Assembly: GCF_009914755.1 (NCBI RefSeq)
Contig: NC_060930.1
DNA: 64,000 nucleotides
Reading direction: 5' to 3' (one strand)
Origin: the human T2T-CHM13v2.0 reference genome, Homo sapiens
In this document: positions 54,807-64,000 of the stretch, piece by piece
Layout of the letters: every line of letters starts with the position of its first letter
Position numbering within the stretch: the first letter of the stretch is position 1
The notes under the pieces: model-generated
Told to the model about the DNA's origin: nothing
The model's database searches: none
Seen by the model: the letters and a program-made list of their open reading frames with translations, nothing else
Position numbers and translations under genes: made by a program

Positions 54807-55635
54807 TTTAAAAAAATATTTTATTTTATTTTATTTTATGTTCCAGGATACATGTGCAGGACATGCAGGTTTATGACATAGGTAAATGTGGTGTTTTGCT
54901 GCATCTATCAACCCATTACCTAGGTAGTAAGTCCAGCATTCATTAGCTATATATCCTGATGCTCTCCCTTCTCCTGCCCCCTTCCTACAGGCCCCAGTGT
55001 GTTGTTCCCCTCCCTGGGTCCATGTGTTCTCATTGTTGAGCTCACATTTATAAGTGAGAACATGCGGTGTTTGGTTTTCTGTTCCTGCATTAGTTTGCGG
55101 TGGATAATGGCTTCCAGTTCCATCCATGTCCCAGCAAAGGACATGATCTCATTCCTTTTTATGGCTGCATAATATTCCTCGGTATATAGGTACCACATTT
55201 TCTTTATCCAGTCCATCATTGATAGGTATTTGGGTTGATTCCATGTCTTAGCTATTGTGAACAGTGCTGCAATGAACATACACATACATGTATCTTTATA
55301 ATAGAATGATTTATATTCCTGTGGGTATATACCCAGAAATGGGATTGGTGGGTAGAATGGTAGTTCTGTTGTTAGGTCTTTGAGGAATGCCACACTGTCT
55401 TCCACAATGGTTGAATTAATTTACATTCTCACCAACAGCATTAAAGCCTTCCTATTTCTCCACAGCCTCACCAGCATCTGTTGTTTCTTGACTGTTTAAT
55501 AATTGCCATTCTGACTAGCATGAGATGGTATCCCATTGCGGTTTTGATCTGCATTTCTCTAATGCTCAGTAGTGTTGAGCTTTTTTTCATATGTTTGGTC
55601 ACATAAATGTCCTCTTTTGAGAAGTGTCTGTTCAT
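54807..55635 (-). mobile_element. 5'-truncated L1PA (older subfamily): ORF2 C-terminus and 3' UTR
   Basis: ORF 54947..55405 has MFIAALFTIAKTWNQP; perfect 16-bp TSD aagacacaattattta at 54791-54806 and 55636-55651. Confidence 0.95.
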
Positions 55636-56629
55636 AAGACACAATTATTTAATGTGGGAGCACAAATACAGATTTATTCAGTAAGATAACTTTATTTTCT
55701 TCTTTTGAAATGCTATTATCTTTCTCATTAATATTTATTAATTAATAATGGCCAGCTAGACATGTGGAATGTATATAGTTTTCAAAAGGTTATTTAAATA
55801 TTGTGTATAGTAAAGACTGATTTTGTAACTATTCTGAAAACAGGTTAAGTTTCAAAAATTTAATTTTGATTGACTTTCCAAGTAATTTTGTTGTATATTT
55901 GGAAGCTTCTATTATATCTGTTATTACTTTTTCAGTAATGATGTTTATTGTCCCTATAGATTAATAAAAATGAAGCTTTTTTCAGCATTTATTCTTTGTC
56001 CAATTTGGTCAATTCCTTTTAACAGTGATCAGTAGAAGATACTTATATTGGGATTGTTTCATAAGGCCTGATATCAGCCAGGCTCAACCTTCAAGCTCTT
56101 AAAAATGAATGCTGTAGCAGCTGTCATTCCCGAATGAATGGGCTTAGGTGAAAAGTACAGGTAGCCTTATCCTCCTAGCATGCCCACCAATATGAGGTTC
56201 AGAGATTTGGGTCAGTCAACTTGATTTATCCTCTCGGAAGCTTACTTCTTTCCCTGAAAATCACCTTTATTTTTCAACTTGTTTTGTTTATTTTCTTTGC
56301 TAGGATTTGATTTTTAGTTTTCCCTTCCAAGCTGGGAATAAAGCTGGCCAAAAAGAGAAGGGTAAAAATTATAGTCTTCTATATTTTCCTCTTCTGTTAC
56401 GTTGTTTTAATATTTCAAGTATCATTTTATTACTTTTTTTAAAAAACAATTGCCAACAATGTCTTTGTGATAAATGCCTATGAATGTTAATGTTTTCATT
56501 TTGTAAATATCAAACTCAAGCATGCGGATATTTTCTCAGCACATTTAGCTCCATATCAAACAAACTAAAGAGCCAATGCCCACAGAAACAATGCCCACAG
56601 TCTTTGTTTTTGTTTTCATTTGTTTCTTT

Positions 56630-59100
56630 TTCCATTAATTGATTAATCAACCAGTTAAACAAGTATTTATTTAGCTTCCTATTTGCCAAGCTCTGTGACC
56701 AGCCCTAAAGATTCAACCATAAATACACCTCATTCCTGCTCCCAGGAAGCTGACATTGCATAGGGGGAGCCTGCAATGTACGTAAGTGGTAAATAGGAAA
56801 ATAATACATAATTATAGGAGGTTGTTTTGGAGGTAAGAGAAATTAAAGAGGTGCTATGTAAGAGAGGGACTTAACCGAGGCAAATTTAGAAAGCATAACT
56901 TGGTGGCATTTGAGCTGGTTCTGAAGGTTAAGAAGGAACCATCTGAAGAAAATTACAGAGTGAACAGCAAATATAAAAGTCATGAGGCAGGAAAGAGCAC
57001 AGCATGTGGTTGCAATATAATGAATATGATGGTAAGAGCTTGAGATGCGGTAGGAGAGGAAGGCAGAGGCCAGATCATGCTGAGCTTTGTAAGACATGGG
57101 GTATTAGTCCGTTTTCATACTGCCATAAAGAACTGCCTGAGACTGGGTAATTTATAAAGGAAAGAGTTTTAACTGACTTATAGTTCAGCATGGCAGGGGA
57201 GACCTCAGGAAACTTACAATCATGGCGGAAGGTGAAGGGGAAGCAAGGCACCTTCTTCACAAGGTGGCAGGAAGAGAATTGCTGAGTGAAGGGGGAAGAG
57301 CTCCTTATAAAACTATCAGATCTTGTGAAAACTCACTCATTATCACGAGAACAACATGGGGGAAACCATCCCCATTATCCAATTATGTCCACCTGGTCTC
57401 TCCCTTGACACATGGGGATATAGGGGTTATAATTCAAGGTGAGATTTGGGTGTGGATACAAAACCTAATCATATCACATGGGAAGGAGTTTGGATATTAA
57501 AAGTACAATAGAAAGCTATTGGAATTGTTAAGGAAGGGAGTGACACTGTCTAATGTGTATATATATTAAAATTTAATCTCTCTGGATCTTATGTGGATAA
57601 TAGGTTGCTAGTGGGTATAGTAGAATAATTGCGAAGATCAGAAAGGAAGTGATGGTTGTGGTCCAACTGGGACATGGTGGTCCCCGTGGCTACTGTATGC
57701 CAGCAATGATGGAAATAAGATGTTAGATTTGCGATATGCCTTGGAAGTAGAAAAGACATTTTGGTGGATTAGATATATGCCTTAAGGGCTTGGAAACAAT
57801 CCAAGATGGTATTTTGTAAAAGGATGAGTGGTGGTACCATTCACCGAATTGGGAAAGGATGTGGGAGTTTTGGAAGAACAAAAATTGCAAGTTGGATTTT
57901 GTTAAGTTTGAGATGCCTGTTAGATATCTAAGTATATAGGTTAAATAGGCAATTATGTATGTTAATCTGGAACTCAGATGTTCTGGACCTCAGATATGAA
58001 TTGAGAGTTCTCAGCATTCACATTGGAGGTTGAACATGTGGGACTGGATGAGATCACCAGGGAAGGAGTGAAGATGAAGAAGAGAGGGGTATGCTTAACT
58101 GAGTCCATAAGGCCTAGGGTTTGGTGATTGAACAAAAAAGGAGGAAGGAGCAAAAGGGACTCAGAAAAAATTTCCAATGAAGTGAAAAAACGCAGATTTG
58201 TCATGTTCAGAAATAGAGGGAGGAGAATATCTCTTAGAGGAAATGGAGAGAGGAGAATGTTTCTAAGAAAGAATGATCTACTGGATTGAATTGGGCTGAA
58301 TAACCAAATAGGATGACACAGCACACTATTTTGGTAATTCCACAGCTTGGACATTCCTGGTGATTTTGGAAAGAGCAATTTGGAGGAAGTAATGTGGCTG
58401 GAAGCTAGAGAGTGAGATGAAGGTGAAGAAGTAGAAACAGTTTGTGGAAACAACTTTAGAGAAGTTTGTGTGAAGAGGGACAGAGATTTTAGGTAGTGCT
58501 TAGTGTGGGGGCTGTAAGGTTAAGAGAGTCGATTGACTTTTCTGTTAAAATGGATTATAGTAAAGCATGTTTGTGTGCCTATGAGAATGACCCACTAGAT
58601 GAGAGACTGATGATTAAATGCAGAGGGGACAAAGGAAGGAGGACAGGAAGGCTTTGAGAAGATAAGAAAGTGAGATTTAGAGAATTGGGTTTGGTAAGAA
58701 CTGGAATGCATTTTTCATTATGACCAGAAAAGTCAACGAGAAGGTGAGTTTAGATGTACGTGAACTAGACCATTAGTGGTGGAAGATGAAAGGTTCTCCA
58801 TGCAAGAACTGAGCTTTATGATCTATCGAGCACATTGTCAGTGAAGTTGGAGGTAGGACTAAGAGAAGTTGGAAGAGAGAGGATTGGGTGTAAGTTCAGA
58901 TCTTTGTGAGTGGGATGGAGAGTTTCCTAGGGTAAATATATGGTATTGCTGGGCAGTAATGAGTGCCTATTTGTGGTTTATATTATTAAATGTAAGGAAA
59001 GGTAGCCCTGTTGAACTACTCTTTAATAGCATTCATCTACTCAATGAGGCAATGAAGAAGAATGCAGATGGAAGTGGGAGAAAGATGGAGCAGGGAAGAG
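56630..59100 (-). mobile_element. L2 (approximate), interrupted by a MaLR LTR
   Basis: GA-rich antisense; ORF 57974..58453 has a decayed RT motif (NAENSQFI resembling YADDSQIY). Confidence 0.75.
57100..57476 (-). mobile_element. THE1D/MSTA-type MaLR solo LTR
   Basis: gtattagtccgttttcatactgc...aatcatatca; TSD catgg (57095-57099, 57477-57481). Confidence 0.92.
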
Positions 59101-59479
59101 TAAGATCTTTGGAAATGAGAGGAGAACAGGATTGCCTGTGGTCCATAATAGTGTCTAATGTGTCCCTTTCTCTGGGTGGTGTCATTCCTCACTAGAGCTA
59201 TGGCTTGGCAAACAGACCTTAAGTTGGATTTCAAACTTCACTTCCTCATTGAGGCAGTGGTCAACCTCTATATACAGTGCCCCTGAACCTGAAGCTCAGT
59301 ATAGGAACAGAGTGGATACATGTGTTGTGCTTTCTACAGTGGGATTTTGCCTGGAAGATGGGTGAACAATAACCTGGAGGTAGCAGTGGGGAGCAGGGAG
59401 GACCCTTATTCCAGCTTCTCAAACTGAGGCATAAAGGATCTGAGAGAAAAAGGAAAAGACTTCATGAAAAGTTTGCAGG

Positions 59480-59944
<465 letters not shown>

Positions 59945-62359
59945 TTATGATTCAATATTGGTTGACTAATGAAGACCAAATATCTGGTAGTGACTTAGCT
60001 AAAGGGGAAATAGGATGTGGTGAGGGAAATCCTCTCAAAGAAATGGCTCTGTGGTCTTGACTATTTATTTCCTGACAATCACAGCCCCAAGAGAGATGCT
60101 CCTTTGGGTTCACAAGGCTGTGGGCAGGGATCATGGGGTAGCAGCAGGGGATTGTGAAATGAAGACTGACTCTTCTTTCAACTGCATTTTTCCCCACAGC
60201 ATGCTTTAATGTATTTCCCAGGTGAATATTATTTAAAAGAACAAAATTACCTTGTGAAGGTGCTCACTGAAAAGTTTAAGGTATTGTTTCATTGTAAGTT
60301 TTCTACCTGCCACTCAAACTACTGATGCTGCTGTTTTTCATTCTAAAAGAGATAAATGTATTTAAATATTATATTAATGTAAAGGTCACCTTTTGAGCAC
60401 ACCAAAATTTGGCAACACACATTGATGGGTTTCCTGAGATGCTCTTTTCATTAAACTCTTTAAAAAGAGAGACATATCTACTCATGTTCAAATACTCTTT
60501 TGACCAATTATAAGTAAATGCACAATTGATTAAATAATATATCTTGTAGCTTAAAATATCAAGTATTATTTAACATCTTTAAAATAACATTTTAAAAAGG
60601 CAAGTATGTCATGTTTTATTGTGTTACAAAATGATTATAGGCTATAGGGTGTCATAGCTGCTTTTATTACAAAAATATCTTTTAAAAGCTAAGCGTTTAC
60701 ATTTAAAAAAAATCCTACTTCCCTTTACTGTAAAGTGTTATAAATCTGTCACCCGTGGATGTCCTTAAATCTTTTTTGGGAAGCTATTTATATTTTTACT
60801 TGGTGTCATTTCTTGCAGTAAAGACTTTTATAGTCTGTTGCTTCTTCTGTTTGAAGTAAAAAAAAAAATTATTTCTGCTAATGTTACCCTTCTAAACTTA
60901 AAATGTTGTATCTTTAGGTTTTTAGTCTGTGTTCTTTGTGATTTGTAGATTTAACAAAAGATTTAGAAAAAAATTTCTTTGCCTTTGTCTTCTAGCCACA
61001 AATTCCTAAGCTTAAAATCATTTCTTTTCCTGTAACAGCATTCCTTCCCTTGTATTATCTCGTTATTTTTCTCAATACGTCCTCTAGCTGTGTTCTGATC
61101 TTTCTTGAGACGTAACAGTCAGAACTGCCAAATATGAAATCTACATTGAGAATCATAGACGAATGCAAGTTCAGTGCTGGATGCGATCTTAGAACTCTTC
61201 CACATTAATGCTTCCCAACCTTTTTTGCGATCGGCACACTACTCATCTATTCCCGCCAGTCATCTTTCGTTTACATGCAGCAATTCTTAATGAAGCTGAA
61301 TTTGAAACTAGGGATGGAGGTGAGAGTGGAGGAACACTTCTAGTAGGTTTTGTGATTCCTGTGATGGATTATGTAGTTTTAAAAGGATCTCTGGAGATTT
61401 TGAAATGGGTAATTTACTGATCCAGTACAAGCCCCTTATTTTAAGGATGAAAAAAATAAATTGGAGATTTGAAATGATTTACCCCAAGCCATACAGCTAG
61501 TAAATGGTGGAGGTGATAGAATTAGGTCATTGTCTTTTGAGAGCAGTGTACACAAATGGCATTAAAGGTGGTATATTCACCTGTGTAATAAAGTATGAAT
61601 ACGTGTTCCTGAGACTCTAATTTCAGTGATTTTATTGACTTATGATATTATGATAAATCATGTGGAGTTCCTTGAGAATGGATAAAAAATCTTGTAATAT
61701 TGAGTATACCATACTCTAGCCTAGGGTCTAATTTTTAAAAGTAAGAAAAAATAAACTGGAGGTGGAGGAAACAACTAAGCTATAGTCTATTAGAAATTTT
61801 ATATAAATTATATTAATTTCAAAAATCAATATAAAATAACATGTATAAGCTATGATTTTAAACTTAAACACATACATTCATTATAATAATATGAAGACAA
61901 TTTGCACTGCTATAAGTAGGGTTTGACTTTTAGTATAGTCATTATGTTTAGTAGTTAAGTTTATGATAAAAATTTGATACCAGCTATATATGCATTAAAA
62001 AAAAATTCCAGGACACTTATCATTAAATTTCACATTTGCATGCAATAAGCAAAATTAATTGCCTAGTATTTCACCAAATTCATACATGAGGTTAGGGAAA
62101 ATATTTACTGAGTATTCACTATATCTTGATACATTTATATGTGTATATCTCATTTCCTCCTTCAAATATTGCTGCAATATGGAGATGTTATTCCTATTGC
62201 TGTATAAGTTTATTCAATAAATACTTGTTGAGTTTCTACTGTATGTAGGTCCTGGTCCTATTGGGTGCACTGATGAGCAACAGCTTTAAACAGGCAAGAA
62301 AACAATTGCTTACTGTCATGATCAGAGATACAATGAGGAAGGCAGAAAAGTGTCCCCCA

Positions 62360-62724
62360 AAGTGATTATTCTGGATTTTCTGGGTGAGCCCCATTTCATC
62401 CCAGGAGTCCTTAAAGGTGGAGGAGGTGGCAGAAGAGTGGTTCAGAGAGATGTGATTTGACGACTTTACCTGCTGTTGCTGGATTTGAAGGTGGAAGAAG
62501 TGGCTATGAGTCAAGCAATGTGGCAACCTCTAGAAGTTGGAAAAGAAGAGGAACCAGATTCACCCCTAGACCCTCCAGAAATAAATGCAGCCCTGCTGAT
62601 AACTTGATTTTAGTCTAGTGGAGACCCGTGTTGATCACTGACAAAACTGTAAGATAATAAACTTGTGTTGTTTTTTACCACAAAGTTTGTGGTTATTTAT
62701 GATAGCAGCAATGAAACACCAATA
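62360..62724 (+). mobile_element. MLT1D-like MaLR LTR
   Basis: cctctagaagttggaaaag...ccctgctgataacttgattttag...gtaagataataaacttgtgttg...gcagcaatgaaacaccaata. Confidence 0.85.
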
Positions 62725-64000
62725 GCCATGGTAGGGGAAACTATGGGATGCCTTGGGGAAGGTACCATGGTTTTGGAAAGTGTTTGCACCCAGGTCTGGA
62801 TGGTCAGTAGAAGTTAACTAGGTGGGATGGAGAAAATTAGTGGAGGCTGGAGGAAAGGAGCAGGAGGATATTTAAGGTAAAAAAAAGTAAAATGTAGAGG
62901 TCTGGATGCGACAGAGGCAGTGACCACTCAGAGGATTAATAATTGGTTCATTTTTATAGATAAATAACATATGAAGTGTGAAGTGGGGAGATGCCTCCTG
63001 GGGAGGTGAGCCAGAGTCAGATGATGGAAAACCTGTGTATCAGGCAAAGTTTAGGGATGATGAAGACAATCCTTGCCCAAGCGCTCATGGCTAGTGAGCA
63101 ATGGAGCTTTGTCTACCTTAATCCAAAATCCATATTTTTTTACTTATATAACCAACAAAGTAGACATCTCTTACAAAACAACTAAAATTTGTTTTTCTGA
63201 AAGTTTCATACAAAGTGAATATTTTTTAAAGTAGTATCTCTTTTCTCACTGATGATCAGTAGATAATTTGTCAATGGGTGGTCTAGCTTCTGGATTGAGA
63301 ATGTTCCACTGGTCACCAAAGTGTGCTGCTGAAGTTACTTTACCCAGTGGAATACTGTCTGAGGCCAAGTGCTCATGGTCCCTTAGCTCACTTTTCCTTT
63401 GAAGTATGACCGTAGGTTGTCTACCTCCCCTCGTAGCCTTGTCCTTTATACTTGCTAGGTATTTAAATATCTGTCATATAAGAAGAATCATCTGCCTTTA
63501 CACTTAGGTTTCTTGGACATTTGCATCCTTTTCCCTAGTTTGGACATTCTCAGGGTTTAATAGAATTAATCTGTAATGATCTCTTTTTACATTAGCTGTT
63601 GCCATATAACCTATTATGTGCATATGAATATTCTTAAATAATAAAAAAGAATTCTGATTATGGGAAATGAAGGTGTTTGACCTTACTAAATTTTTTAATG
63701 ACTAAATTTTATATATTGAATGTTCTTAAAGGAGAATCACCTGTGTGTAGTGGATTGATTGCATATGTGCACTCCTTTAATCTTTGTTTTCTAGTGCCTT
63801 TTTAGCACAGCCTTCATTTGGCTATTCTTAATGTTTTTTCTGTTGATGTTTTAAAAATGGAAAATATGGGCAGGGTTTGGGGAAGGATAAAACACCACCA
63901 ACAACAACTACTCAAATTCTAGTGGGTAACTTCTAAATTTTAAAAATTAAAATTCACCTATGATTACAAAAAAACCAACAACCACTAAGCACTGAAAGGT

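Noticed and set aside
57974-58453. 159-aa minus-strand ORF
   Set aside because: Degenerate L2 reverse-transcriptase relic, not a host gene.

Overview
Primate, almost certainly human, genomic DNA from the middle of the utrophin gene (UTRN, + strand). I traced 16 consecutive internal coding exons by hand (3557-49941, all AG/GT-bounded). They splice into one stop-free frame of 2525 nt (841 codons + 2 nt) encoding spectrin-like rod repeats and hinge 3. Exon sizes and phases match dystrophin (DMD) exons 35-54, except that equivalents of DMD 40-41 are absent and a single 76-nt exon replaces DMD 48-50. The last 14 kb is intronic. The rest is AT-rich intron with about 20 Alus, several L1s, MaLR LTRs, L2/MIR relics, DNA transposons and simple repeats; repeat subfamily names are from recognition, not RepeatMasker. 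There is no prokaryotic system, CRISPR array or RNA gene. Best leads: (1) an antisense L1 5' UTR with an ORF0-like ORF pointing into the UTRN exons; (2) an apparent L1 3' transduction at 51135-51598; (3) an Alu/L1 chimera inside one target-site duplication (TSD); (4) a 5'-intact, 3'-truncated L1; (5) an E-box/D-box/TATA cluster overlapping a perfect-branchpoint pseudoexon; (6) inverted Alus bracketing frame-preserving exon blocks (circRNA candidates); (7) a 21-nt exact exon copy in the next intron; (8) a 29/58-bp minisatellite containing cryptic splice sites.
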